From positions 96,001-160,000 of IMG/VR virus record IMGVR_UViG_3300010346_000241: a stretch of DNA of 64,000 nucleotides, one strand, 5' to 3'. Positions 49,684 to 59,647 of the stretch are shown piece after piece. The notes under the pieces are model-generated. The model did not search any database. It had not been told where the DNA came from and saw nothing but the letters and a program-made list of their open reading frames with translations. A program made the position numbers and the translations under genes. This stretch comes from a virus. Its lineage: Duplodnaviria; Caudoviricetes. Every line of letters starts with the position of its first letter. Position 1 is the stretch's first letter.

Positions 49684-50409
49684 TTACTTCTTAAGTTCCT
49701 TGTAGTAAGCTTTGGTATCCTTAAGAAGTTGTGCGTTATGCTTCTTAGCCTTCATGTCTGTGGTAGTAAATGGCACTGTATCATTTGGAACTCCGTTAAT
49801 ACAGAGTCCATTGATAACACCGCTCATCAGATCAATCGGATATCTTTCGTTGTTGAACACATTGATATGCTGACTGGTTTTCTCTACTCTATATTGAGGC
49901 CAATAATGAGCAGTATGCTTGAGATCTGGATCTCCGATATGCAGATGTCCGTGTATGTTGTACTTAGCATCTTTACACTTGAATGGCATGTGACTAATCA
50001 CTATGTCGCCTCTAAAGAGAATACACGGAACTACTTCATCGAACCCGAGATCTTTGTAGAGCTGTATGACATCGCTGTCATTGTTACCGATAACAAAGTA
50101 CTTCTTCTTGGCCTTCTTAAAGATACTGCAGATAGTGGCTAACTTTCTGTAGAGTGCTACTACTGGATAGTCCGAATAGCACTCTGAATCTACAAGGTCG
50201 CCCATGAAGATAATGATATCTGTATCCTTAATAACCCTCACTGCAGCGCCAAGGATATCAGCAGCGTTCTCTCTTTCATAGAACTCGCTAGTCTTCTTAT
50301 TGTATCTTATCAGATGCCAATCTGTCATCAGCCAGATATTACCGCCATTAGCTATAGTGAATTCCATCTGTGCGTTTATCTTTGCGTTGATTTTGATTGC
50401 TTCACTCAT
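49684..50409 (-). CDS. Calcineurin-like metallophosphoesterase
   Basis: TDWH, MGD, GNND, SH, HGHLH motifs. Confidence 0.85.
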   Translation of the reverse strand: MSEAIKINAKINAQMEFTIANGGNIWLMTDWHLIRYNKKTSEFYERENAADILGAAVRVIKDTDIIIFMGDLVDSECYSDYPVVALYRKLATICSIFKKAKKKYFVIGNNDSDVIQLYKDLGFDEVVPCILFRGDIVISHMPFKCKDAKYNIHGHLHIGDPDLKHTAHYWPQYRVEKTSQHINVFNNERYPIDLMSGVINGLCINGVPNDTVPFTTTDMKAKKHNAQLLKDTKAYYKELKK

Positions 50410-50462
50410 ATTATCCCTCCTATGAAAAGAAGGGTAGAGGTGTTATCCTCTACCCAAGTCTC

Positions 50463-52853
50463 TTACATATTCCAAGCTCCGAGTATACCAGAGTTGGCTT
50501 TGTATCCTACAGATACTGAGCTACCCATAGGAATTGTGTTCACCGCAATGTCTGAATGCTGACCATTAGTCGCAAGCACTCTGACAGTTGAAGCTTCGTT
50601 TACACCAAGTATAGCAACTATGCGGTCCCCCTTGACCAACCTTGTTACTGACTTTCCAGCCTTTGCTCTTCCAGAAGGAAGTGAGTCTGGTGTTATCTTA
50701 TTGATGTATCCGTTAGCGGTACATATGAGATACTCTGTACTATCGTGTCTGAGTACGCTCATGCCGTTTACTTCTTTGTTCGTACCTCCCATAGAGATAT
50801 TACCCTTAGCATTACGTTTGAAGAGAGGAATCTCTGCGATGTTGAGCTTTAATGCTTTACTCTGATTGTAGATGACTATATCTGCATTGTCACTATAGAA
50901 GAAGTTGACGCTGACTACATAGTCATCTCCATCAATCTTTGTATACACAAGACCGCTAGGTGGAACTGCTAAGAAGTCACCTATAGTCATCTTCTTAATG
51001 AGACCGCTCTTAGTCACTACAACAAGATGACCATCTTTATACTGCTCGAACAAAGGCTCATAGATAACAGCCGTTATAGGAGCATTGATGTTCTTGTTGA
51101 CTATTCTGATGTCTGTTCCTGGAGAAGACTTATCTGCGAATGGTATCTTAGATATCGGGATATTGTATATCTTACCCTTGATATCAAAGAGAAGCACATT
51201 CTTAGCGTTGTCTCCCTTGATAAGGAACTTCACATTGTCACCAGTTCTAGTGCCAGTGATATTCTCTTCTGGTCCGAACTTCTTGAGCATATTCTGCTCT
51301 GACAGAGATATCTTAAAGATACCCTGAGGAATACCAGATGCTTCTGCAGCGGAGATGACTCTACACTTTCTCTTATCACCATACTTTCTCTTGATCTCCT
51401 CAAGTTCGTCTATGATGATCTGGTCAAGTGCATCGTCATTAGCGATGATGTTTGCACATATCTTAGCCTCTGCTTCAAGCTGGTCTCTCTCTTCTTTGAA
51501 TCTAAGATACCATCCCTGTGAAAGCTTCTTAACTTCCATATCAATGATAAACTTAGCCTGAAGATCAGTGAAACCGAACTTCTTAATCAGATCCTCTATG
51601 AGCTCTGCATCGTTGACAACTTTCTTCTTACGAATAAGTCCAAGTACTTCATCAGTAACCTTCTTCGACTCAAATGCCCAAATGTAGTTGTTTACTACAT
51701 GTAGACGAGTCTGAAGTTTCTGATGCTTATGGCAGTAGTATCTCTGCTTAGTGATACGTCTGATATCAATGAAGTGAGTGAGATACTCTGTGTAGTTCAT
51801 TCTCTTTGTAGATACATACATTCCATCATCTACGAATACCTTCAGATAAAGACGGAATGTGTTCTGAAGTCTGGTGTTGTTATAGATACTCTCCTTAACG
51901 AAGTTAGGATCTACACCAGGTCTGAGAACGAGGATGTAATTCATATCATCGATATCTGACTCATCCTCGATGTCCTCTATACCGATGAGCTTATTATCCT
52001 TAACAAGCTTTTCGATGGAAGCTATGATGTTTCCAAGATAAGTGAGATTAGGACAACTGCGTATAGCAAGGACAGTACGTCCCTTATACTTCTTAGTCTT
52101 GCCGAAGTACTCCTTAATCTCTATCACACCTCTTACTTTGTATAAACCATAACCAGTTCTAGACATTTCCTTCCAGTCTGTGTCTATGATCTCACAAGCC
52201 TGAGTGTGATCAGGTATAAGGACTACCTGGTGATTAGGATCCTTGATAAGTCTGATAGTTTCATCAATTACCTCACAGATGTTATGTGAAGGCACATCAA
52301 CCTTATCACCAACGCTCATATGCATTGAGCCGTTTAACAGAAGAAGCGGAACCTTAGTAGGTAAGTACAATGGTTCAAAACTCTTCTTATCGTAGTTATG
52401 AGTCCAGTCTATGACATCCTTAAACTGCATAACTTCATCGAGTACTACGTCTCTACAGAATTCAGAGATAGCAGCCTCAGTATATCGTGGCGAAGCGCCA
52501 GTACTGGTATAAGTGTTACCAAAGTTACCCTGTCCAAGAAACAGAGGATACTTCGTCTGATACCAGTTTATCATTGTATAGAGTGCTGTTTGTATACCAG
52601 CATCTCCATGCGGATGGTCGTGAGCCATTGTCTCACCAATGATATTGGCACATTTGGTAAGACTAGGTCTTTCATTTTCCTTAAAGTATGCATGGCAATA
52701 CTCCCATGCACAATGTACAGTTCTTCTATGAACTGGGATAAGTCCATCGTTCATATTGGGAACACTTCTCTGCATCTCACAGTACAGAGCATAAGCTCTA
52801 TAGTCTCCGTGATACTCTCCCAACATGTTCTTTTCAACTATTGTTTCTGACAT
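50463..52853 (-). CDS. gyrA: Type IIA topoisomerase A subunit (GyrA/ParC-like)
   Basis: DGLIPVHRR, HPHGD, catalytic SPRYTE, C-terminal beta-pinwheel repeats; AAGGAGG before ATG 52853. Confidence 0.9.
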   Translation of the reverse strand: MSETIVEKNMLGEYHGDYRAYALYCEMQRSVPNMNDGLIPVHRRTVHCAWEYCHAYFKENERPSLTKCANIIGETMAHDHPHGDAGIQTALYTMINWYQTKYPLFLGQGNFGNTYTSTGASPRYTEAAISEFCRDVVLDEVMQFKDVIDWTHNYDKKSFEPLYLPTKVPLLLLNGSMHMSVGDKVDVPSHNICEVIDETIRLIKDPNHQVVLIPDHTQACEIIDTDWKEMSRTGYGLYKVRGVIEIKEYFGKTKKYKGRTVLAIRSCPNLTYLGNIIASIEKLVKDNKLIGIEDIEDESDIDDMNYILVLRPGVDPNFVKESIYNNTRLQNTFRLYLKVFVDDGMYVSTKRMNYTEYLTHFIDIRRITKQRYYCHKHQKLQTRLHVVNNYIWAFESKKVTDEVLGLIRKKKVVNDAELIEDLIKKFGFTDLQAKFIIDMEVKKLSQGWYLRFKEERDQLEAEAKICANIIANDDALDQIIIDELEEIKRKYGDKRKCRVISAAEASGIPQGIFKISLSEQNMLKKFGPEENITGTRTGDNVKFLIKGDNAKNVLLFDIKGKIYNIPISKIPFADKSSPGTDIRIVNKNINAPITAVIYEPLFEQYKDGHLVVVTKSGLIKKMTIGDFLAVPPSGLVYTKIDGDDYVVSVNFFYSDNADIVIYNQSKALKLNIAEIPLFKRNAKGNISMGGTNKEVNGMSVLRHDSTEYLICTANGYINKITPDSLPSGRAKAGKSVTRLVKGDRIVAILGVNEASTVRVLATNGQHSDIAVNTIPMGSSVSVGYKANSGILGAWNM

Positions 52854-53029
52854 GTGATATGACCTCCTTGTGTGATTATTGTAGAGTTCTGACCAAACTC
52901 CTTTATTACACCTATCTATAGTATACAATGGACACAAGAATTGGTGGAGGCTTGTGGCCTCCACCTTTTCTTGATTAAAGGAAGTTTCTCGAAACAGCGC
53001 AATCAACAGCGCTAGTAGGAGGGGATGTC

Positions 53030-53473
53030 TTATTCGTTTGCAGTGGAAGGAAGAACAGCCTCGAAGCAAGAGATGAACTTAACTTCACCTGTGTCTTTGT
53101 TGAGTCTCACTGCTGGCACGATCTTAAGGCTGCCGTTGTTGATAACGTCCTTAAGCTTTGTATAAGTTGCTGTAGGCATAGATACAGTGAACTTCTTGGT
53201 TTCGTTGTTGAACTCTCTGATCTCGCCGAGATCGATCATTCCCTTGGACTCGGAGCTATCAAAGAAAGTAGACTTTCTCATCTTAGCAGTGATAGCGCAG
53301 CAGTCGAAGCTACATGAATCGATAATAGCGATGAGCGTATCGATTATAGAATCGTACTTGTCTGAAGAACCGAGTTCAAACTCAGCGGTTGTGTACTTAG
53401 CTACTCTCGTAGTGTTCGGGTTAGGCTTTGTGTAGCCTTTCTTGTTGTTGTTGTACTTAGGGTTCTTGTTCAT
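53030..53473 (-). CDS. Hypothetical protein between the topoisomerase genes
   Basis: AAAGGAG RBS. Confidence 0.75.
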   Translation of the reverse strand: MNKNPKYNNNKKGYTKPNPNTTRVAKYTTAEFELGSSDKYDSIIDTLIAIIDSCSFDCCAITAKMRKSTFFDSSESKGMIDLGEIREFNNETKKFTVSMPTATYTKLKDVINNGSLKIVPAVRLNKDTGEVKFISCFEAVLPSTANE

Positions 53474-53599
53474 GATGATACTCTCCTTTAGATGTAGATT
53501 TTAATATCGCCCAATCGGGTTCGATTATATATATGTAGGATGAACAGTAAATGATTACGACAAAAAAGAAGGTGTGGATTGCTCCACACCTCCCTTTGA

Positions 53600-55963
53600 T
53601 CATCCTAAGATATCTTGTCTAGGCAGCTTTCCAATGCCCTTGAGAAGAAGATCCTTACTGTCGTTGAGCTTTCTCATCTCATTGATCTCACGATTGATAT
53701 CTTCAAACGTGTATCTTACGAGTAATCTCTCACCGTCAGGTCTCAGTGTACTTACACCAAGCATCTTCGGATTCATCTCACCAAGTCCCTTGAATCGCTG
53801 CAGATGAGGTGGTTCATGCTTACTGAATGCAAGTCTAAGTCCATACAGTGATACTACCTCTCCATTGAGCTTGAAATATGGTTCATTGGCGTTTAAGTAA
53901 CTCAGAACCATACCACATGCTGCAAGGAGTCTAGGTGTAAGATATATGTAGTGTGCCTTGTTTCCAGCTAAACCATCGAGAACAGTGATACCATTCTCAG
54001 TACGTACTTTCATGAATCTGTACTGCTTCTCTATGATCGACTTGAACTTCTTCGCCGTAAGGTCCTTATTGATAAGGATTGTCTCAAGCAGGAAAGGATC
54101 AATCGCATAGTTGGAAGCTGTACTCTCAAGTATGCTGATATAGTTGTCTGTTCTATCAAGAAGATCTGTGATGCTCTTTGTAGTCATAGGCTTACCATTG
54201 AGATCAGTAAGAACGTTGTCTACGGAGAACTTCTTCTGTATATACTGATAGTAGTCCTTCTTGTCGACAAAGTACTTATACTTATCTCTACCTATAGGAA
54301 CTCCAAATAACGGTGGTATTGCCGCGTAAACCATACCTGCCTCCAAAAGCGGTCTCGCATACAGTGCGATCAGCCTGAGGAGAAGTGTCAAGATATGTTT
54401 ACCATCAGGGTCAGCATCAGCCATGAATATAATCCTGGATATGTTAACCTTTGATATATCGAAGTTCTTACCATAGCCTCCACCTATGATTTGGAAGATA
54501 GAAGCTACTTCTTCGTTTTGGAATATTACGCTCGCTGGCTTCTCAAAAGCATTAGGTAACTTACCTCTTATGGGGTAGATTCCCTGAATGTTATTGTCTC
54601 TCGAGTTCTCTGCAGATCCGAAAGCTGAATCTCCTTCAACTATAATGAGCTCGAAGCCCTTCTTCATGTTAGGCTTCTTGAACTTATCAGGATAGCCCGA
54701 AAGGATAGATGACTTAAAAGAATTTGCCAGTTTCACCTTATCTTTATCCTGCTTCATTCTAAGCTCGATCACAGTTCTGAAGTACTTACAGAGATTCTGG
54801 AGATCAGTTGTATTGTTCTGACTCCACTTCTGAAGACCTTCATAAGTAGTCTGCGAAACGAATGGGAAGATATCCTCATTACTGAGTATCTCCTTGCTTT
54901 GGCCAGTGTACATAGCATAGAGATGGAATGTACTAATGACCAGTTTGAGTCCTTGCTTAATGTCGTTTATACCGCACACCAGCTTTACCTTGCTCTTTAC
55001 ATTAGCAAGATAAATCTTGTTCATGTACTCTTTGAAGAATCGTACAACTCCATCGAGTGCACCCTCAAGGTGTTTACCACCTTCAGTTGGACAAGTGTTG
55101 TTGAAGCTCAGATATTCCTCAAAGTTGTTCTCAACACTAGTGTCATAGGTAAAACATAAATCCATCTTCATCGTTCCATTGTCATTTTGTACAATGATCG
55201 GCGCAATGTATGGATTCTGGGTCATGTTGATCAAATGGGTTATCACCCCATCCTGATTGACTATATCCTCGCGGTGGATAACTCCATTCATGTCTATTCC
55301 TTCGAATGAACATGTTGTTCCTATTGGTGCCAACGGAACTATGGAAGCAACCAAGTCATATACATTCTCCCAAGTCAGACTAAACTTGTCAACGTTTAAA
55401 CATGCCTCAGAAGGGATGAATGTTATCACTGATCCCTGTTTCCCTTTGCAATCCTTCTTCGGGATTACTGTCTCGCCTTTCTTCGTGAGATGTCCCTCTA
55501 CGAATTCGGCGTGTCTTCCTTCGCCTAATACGAAGCTATCTATAATCATACTATGAGAAAGCATGTTAGTGACAGCACCGCCACATCCATTCTTACCAGC
55601 AGAGTATACACCCAGCTGTTTTTCATAGTTGGAACTTGTATGAGTCTGTCCGAAGATCTTGCCGATCATACCATGAGGTATTCCACGACCATGATCTGTG
55701 ACTGTAACTGCATTTGTTCGCTCATCAAATGTAAGCGATATATTAGCATCAAGAGCAACACCCTTCAGTATCTCATCAAGAGCGTTCTGAAGGATCTCTC
55801 TTATCATCGTTAAGAATCCCTTGTTACCTAAGGGTCCGATAAACACATCAGGAGTCTGACGGACTCGTTCTACAATGTCTTTGATCTCCTTGATCTGTGA
55901 CCCATAATTCTTAATCTGTTCTTCAAGAGATTCGGTGGTCTTCTTTTTTCTAGTGGTTGCCAT
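53600..55963 (-). CDS. gyrB: Type IIA topoisomerase B subunit (GyrB/ParE-like)
   Basis: EILQNALDE, DHGRGIP, EGDSA, PIRGK, DADPDG, RFKGLGEM. Confidence 0.93.
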   Translation of the reverse strand: MATTRKKKTTESLEEQIKNYGSQIKEIKDIVERVRQTPDVFIGPLGNKGFLTMIREILQNALDEILKGVALDANISLTFDERTNAVTVTDHGRGIPHGMIGKIFGQTHTSSNYEKQLGVYSAGKNGCGGAVTNMLSHSMIIDSFVLGEGRHAEFVEGHLTKKGETVIPKKDCKGKQGSVITFIPSEACLNVDKFSLTWENVYDLVASIVPLAPIGTTCSFEGIDMNGVIHREDIVNQDGVITHLINMTQNPYIAPIIVQNDNGTMKMDLCFTYDTSVENNFEEYLSFNNTCPTEGGKHLEGALDGVVRFFKEYMNKIYLANVKSKVKLVCGINDIKQGLKLVISTFHLYAMYTGQSKEILSNEDIFPFVSQTTYEGLQKWSQNNTTDLQNLCKYFRTVIELRMKQDKDKVKLANSFKSSILSGYPDKFKKPNMKKGFELIIVEGDSAFGSAENSRDNNIQGIYPIRGKLPNAFEKPASVIFQNEEVASIFQIIGGGYGKNFDISKVNISRIIFMADADPDGKHILTLLLRLIALYARPLLEAGMVYAAIPPLFGVPIGRDKYKYFVDKKDYYQYIQKKFSVDNVLTDLNGKPMTTKSITDLLDRTDNYISILESTASNYAIDPFLLETILINKDLTAKKFKSIIEKQYRFMKVRTENGITVLDGLAGNKAHYIYLTPRLLAACGMVLSYLNANEPYFKLNGEVVSLYGLRLAFSKHEPPHLQRFKGLGEMNPKMLGVSTLRPDGERLLVRYTFEDINREINEMRKLNDSKDLLLKGIGKLPRQDILG

Positions 55964-56073
55964 AAGCAGCATCAATCCTTTCCAATTTGATTTATTGCAT
56001 TGTTATGGGATGTGTAGGATCGATAAAAATAAGGAGGTGAGAGATTCTCTCACCTCCCTATGGGATGTTGCGC

Positions 56074-57189
56074 TTAAAGGCTGATGGTGCTAAATGAACC
56101 TACAGGTGCGGCAGGAGCTGCATTAGGAGCAGCTGTTGCTGTTGTAGTTGTAGGGTTAGCCATCGGAGGAACTGCAGGTGCAGCTCCAACTGTAGGGATG
56201 TTCATCATCTGAGGTGTAGCAGGTGCAGATGTTCCTGTCATAGGAGCTGCGGGAGCTGCTGTAACCTGTGCAGGCTGTACACTGTTGAACATCATTCCTG
56301 TGCCGCCGTTAGGTGCAGGAACTGTGAATGCGCCTGTACCTGCAGGTGCTGTTGATCCGTTAGCAGGCTGTGAAGCTACAAGCGGATTTGCGTCTGCAGT
56401 CATAAGACCTCCTGTGGGCATAGGTGCGAAACCTGCAGCCTGAGGAGCATAGGGATTAGCCATCTGAGGAGCATAAGGGTTCTGTGCAGGCATTGCTCCC
56501 GCCATAGGCTGACCGTACTGAGCGTACTGATTCATAGGCATTCCGTTGCCGTTGAACATAGGATAAGCAGCCTGTGCATACTGTGAGTACTGATACTGAG
56601 CTGCAGGGCTGTTCAGACCGTTAGCAAATGCTGTCTGATATGGATTTGCCTGGCCGAAGAATGCACCAGGATTTGCATACTGGAACTGCTGATTGTAAGC
56701 AGCTACATTATTTTCGATGCTCTTCTTAGCCTGACCATACAGACGAGGAAGCTTCGGGAAAGCTGCCTGGATGCTGAATACATCTCTTGCGAACTCAGGT
56801 GAGATCTCAGAGCCGAGATATGTCTTGATCATGTTGAGGATGTTGTGCATAAGCTCGCATACCTTAGATACGTCCTGCTCAGTGATTCTTCTGTCAACCT
56901 CGAAGCGAGTATGGCAACGTGTGCAGTAGAACTTAGCTACTGTGTTGTCATCAGACTCAACCTGGAGTACGTTCTGTCCGTTTGATGAAGGAGAGTGATT
57001 GCAGTGAGCTACTGCCATCTCTTCCTCAGTGAATACGAACTCGTTTCCGCCTGTTGAAGCCAGGAGTTTCTCTTCCTTAGCGGTAAGAGTAGAAACCTGA
57101 GGCTTCTCCTGGATAGGATTGATTACTGTTGAAGGATAAGGAAATCCTCCTGTAGGTGCTCCGAATGTGGGTGTTGAATTGTACATCAT
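56074..57189 (-). CDS. Protein with putative Zn-binding domain and long low-complexity P/A/Q/G/Y tail
   Basis: CNH...CTRC; about 200-aa C-terminus almost devoid of charge. Confidence 0.8.
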   Translation of the reverse strand: MMYNSTPTFGAPTGGFPYPSTVINPIQEKPQVSTLTAKEEKLLASTGGNEFVFTEEEMAVAHCNHSPSSNGQNVLQVESDDNTVAKFYCTRCHTRFEVDRRITEQDVSKVCELMHNILNMIKTYLGSEISPEFARDVFSIQAAFPKLPRLYGQAKKSIENNVAAYNQQFQYANPGAFFGQANPYQTAFANGLNSPAAQYQYSQYAQAAYPMFNGNGMPMNQYAQYGQPMAGAMPAQNPYAPQMANPYAPQAAGFAPMPTGGLMTADANPLVASQPANGSTAPAGTGAFTVPAPNGGTGMMFNSVQPAQVTAAPAAPMTGTSAPATPQMMNIPTVGAAPAVPPMANPTTTTATAAPNAAPAAPVGSFSTISL

Positions 57190-57285
57190 TGCGATGTCCT
57201 CCTTTAATTAAAATTTTGTGTATATACAAGAGGGGAACCTCTCGTACCCCTCTATTGTATACAATTGTTGATTGTTTTACTCCTT
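57150..57285. repeat. 136-bp exact direct repeat, copy 2 (probable donor)
   Basis: Identical to 24612-24747; includes the stop codon of the 57277-57819 gene. Confidence 0.95.
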
Positions 57286-57819
57286 GATTTTCGGATTCGA
57301 ATTCTCAAGGTTTGCCATGATTGCCGATGGGTTCATGAGCGGGAAGTCTTCGTTGAATCTCTCTACCTGATTTAAAGGAAGATCCTTTGAAGTAGAGGGA
57401 CTAGGATGTCCTGCAGCGAAGGTCTTCGGGTTTCTCATGTCCATGTATGCCTTTCTGTACTTCTCCTTAGTGCTGTCGTTTGTGATACCATCTGATATCT
57501 TGGCATCGAAGAAGTCCATAAGCATATTGAGATCTGCTCTTGCAGTGATTGATATGATAGCACTGTACTGGAATGCTCTGATCCTCATCGGACAGATATC
57601 GTACAGTTTATCATTGACATCGTTATTGAACTCTATTGAGTACATAACTTCGTTTGAGTCATCCCACATAATGCAGCTATTTATCTCGTCGACTACAGTG
57701 CTTCCATGATCTATCGTTACGATCAGGGGTACATCTATCTTCTTATCAGGATTAGCTCTAGCTGCATTAGTGAGCTGATGTAACTCTTTTCTGAGAGCTA
57801 CTACAGTTGCTTTATCCAT
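57277..57819 (-). CDS. Hypothetical protein, 180 aa
   Basis: AAAGGAGG RBS; AACT-tatcta-TA upstream. Confidence 0.8.
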   Translation of the reverse strand: MDKATVVALRKELHQLTNAARANPDKKIDVPLIVTIDHGSTVVDEINSCIMWDDSNEVMYSIEFNNDVNDKLYDICPMRIRAFQYSAIISITARADLNMLMDFFDAKISDGITNDSTKEKYRKAYMDMRNPKTFAAGHPSPSTSKDLPLNQVERFNEDFPLMNPSAIMANLENSNPKIKE

Positions 57820-57865
57820 AATTGTAACCTCCTTTGGTTAGTATTATAGATAAGTTGACTGGTCG

Positions 57866-58627
57866 TTAAAGCGTGAAGTCGTAACCAGTCAAAACGTTGA
57901 AGTCAAGCGGTATGCTCATTCTGTTCTGCAGATTGTTGTTTCTGATTACATTGAGCATAGATGACTGAACTTCCATGATGGAAGTTATGTCATTAGGCTG
58001 AAGTGTGTTGTTGCATACGCCGATATAGATTCTTGAGAATACTATTTCGATCTCGTTATACATCTTCACAAAGATATCAGCTATCCGTTTCTGAGACTGA
58101 TAAGCAGGATGATTACATGCTTCTGCCAGCTCTCTTGCATACGGAATGCCGCCTACGTATTTATTCGCATTAGGATTATAAGTACCATCAAGTGATGGTG
58201 CATATGCGAGCCACTGATAGTTATGATCGATCTTCCTAACAAACACCTGTTTGGACTGTGCATCCATTCCTTCTGTCTGTTCATTGATCTGACGCTGAAC
58301 CTGTACACAATAGCTTACATTGTTAAGCATTGCGAATGCATTGCTCATACGTCTGAAGAATTCGAGTCTGCTGTGGCATACCTGGATAATGGACTGAAGA
58401 AGATCTCTGTTAAGAAGTCTTGTTTCGACCATATCCTTGTTGATGTCGATAAGACCATCTTTGATATCCCTCAGGATATTATCGATAGCTCTTATCTTTC
58501 TGTCGGGTGAACTGAAGTCTCTGTCCTGGCCATTGGCCCATCCGTCCAGAAACTTCTGACCTTTTCTCTCAGCCTGATTATCGAACCAGGACTTACGAGG
58601 CTGTCTGGGTTTGTTGTTTTGTGCCAT
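57866..58627 (-). CDS. Hypothetical protein, 253 aa
   Basis: AAGGAGG RBS. Confidence 0.8.
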   Translation of the reverse strand: MAQNNKPRQPRKSWFDNQAERKGQKFLDGWANGQDRDFSSPDRKIRAIDNILRDIKDGLIDINKDMVETRLLNRDLLQSIIQVCHSRLEFFRRMSNAFAMLNNVSYCVQVQRQINEQTEGMDAQSKQVFVRKIDHNYQWLAYAPSLDGTYNPNANKYVGGIPYARELAEACNHPAYQSQKRIADIFVKMYNEIEIVFSRIYIGVCNNTLQPNDITSIMEVQSSMLNVIRNNNLQNRMSIPLDFNVLTGYDFTL

Positions 58628-58651
58628 TATAGTGTCCTCCTTGTGGCTAGA

Positions 58652-59368
58652 TTAGTTGATGTCCTCTCCCTCAAGTGATGTATACATGGTCTGCTGAACC
58701 TGTGGAGTACAAGGAGTATCGTTGTTAGCCTTGATCCATTCATCAATAGGCTCAAACGAACCAGATTCATACGACTTAAGGACAGCCCGCATATAGGCAA
58801 GCATATACTTGTCTATAGCCTTGGCATCTTTTTCGATACAGAGTCTGATGAACTGAAGGAGTGGTACCTTCTCTTCATACTTGACTCCTGTGCAGAGTAC
58901 GAATGACTCCTCATAATCTATAGGATCATAGAAGTCTTCCATATCTTCAGAGGTCAAATCGTGTATCATGCTCACTATCTTAGCAAAGCAAAGACCTCTG
59001 CCTTCTGCTGTTATCCATCTGGAGCGAGTCCAGTCTGGGGCCGTCATATCCTGTTCCTCTAATGTAAAGCATACGAGATACTCTTTGTTAGAATGTATCT
59101 GCTGTGGCTTCTGAGGAGCAGACTGTGGTGATGTACCTACTACTGGAGCCTGTGGGGTTCTCTTATTCTTAGTAGGTCTCTTAGTTGTTGTGGTTGCACC
59201 ATCTGCAACCTTGACTGTCTTGAGGTTCTTCTTAGCCTCATCTGCCAGTCTTGCTTCTTTTTCTCTGATAAGTCTGAGATCCTCTTCGGTAGGGTTAGCT
59301 TCCTGTGGTGTTACCTCACCAGAAACTGGATTCACTATACCGAAGGGATTGATAATCTCATCGCTCAT
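58652..59368 (-). CDS. Hypothetical protein, 238 aa
   Basis: AAAGGA RBS. Confidence 0.8.
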   Translation of the reverse strand: MSDEIINPFGIVNPVSGEVTPQEANPTEEDLRLIREKEARLADEAKKNLKTVKVADGATTTTKRPTKNKRTPQAPVVGTSPQSAPQKPQQIHSNKEYLVCFTLEEQDMTAPDWTRSRWITAEGRGLCFAKIVSMIHDLTSEDMEDFYDPIDYEESFVLCTGVKYEEKVPLLQFIRLCIEKDAKAIDKYMLAYMRAVLKSYESGSFEPIDEWIKANNDTPCTPQVQQTMYTSLEGEDIN

Positions 59369-59451
59369 AGTTTCAATTCCTTTCTGAGTCTTAGTATAGG
59401 TCTTGACTCAAAGGTATGATATGTAGTCAAAAGATGTTTTAAGACAACTTA

Positions 59452-59614
59452 TCCGTAGTGGACATTTCCACTACGGAAAGGTGGTGGCGGTTCTGTCAGC
59501 TTAGAGCCCCTAGTCTTTGATGGGACCCGCTTAGTAACTAGGCTCATTACTGTTATACTAATTTAACAAGAAGTACTGCTGTTAGAGCCTATCAGTGCAT
59601 AGCTGCACCGCCAT
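59452..59614 (-). ncRNA. Putative structured RNA (about 130-nt multi-stem core plus 3' hairpin)
   Basis: TGGCGGT/ACCGCCA closing stem, CAGCT/AGCTG, TAGGCTC/GAGCCTA, GGGTCCC/GGGGCTC; AACA-atatag-TA gives +1 at 59614. Confidence 0.65.
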
Positions 59615-59647
59615 ACTATATTGTTGTGAGTTTGTTAGATGATTACA

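Noticed and set aside
49684-50409. SbcD/Mre11 partner of SbcC
   Set aside because: Short stand-alone phosphoesterase far from sbcC; no specific support.
52854-53069. N-terminal extension of GyrA in the ORF track
   Set aside because: Crosses intergenic hairpin sequence and overlaps the next gene; RBS supports ATG 52853.
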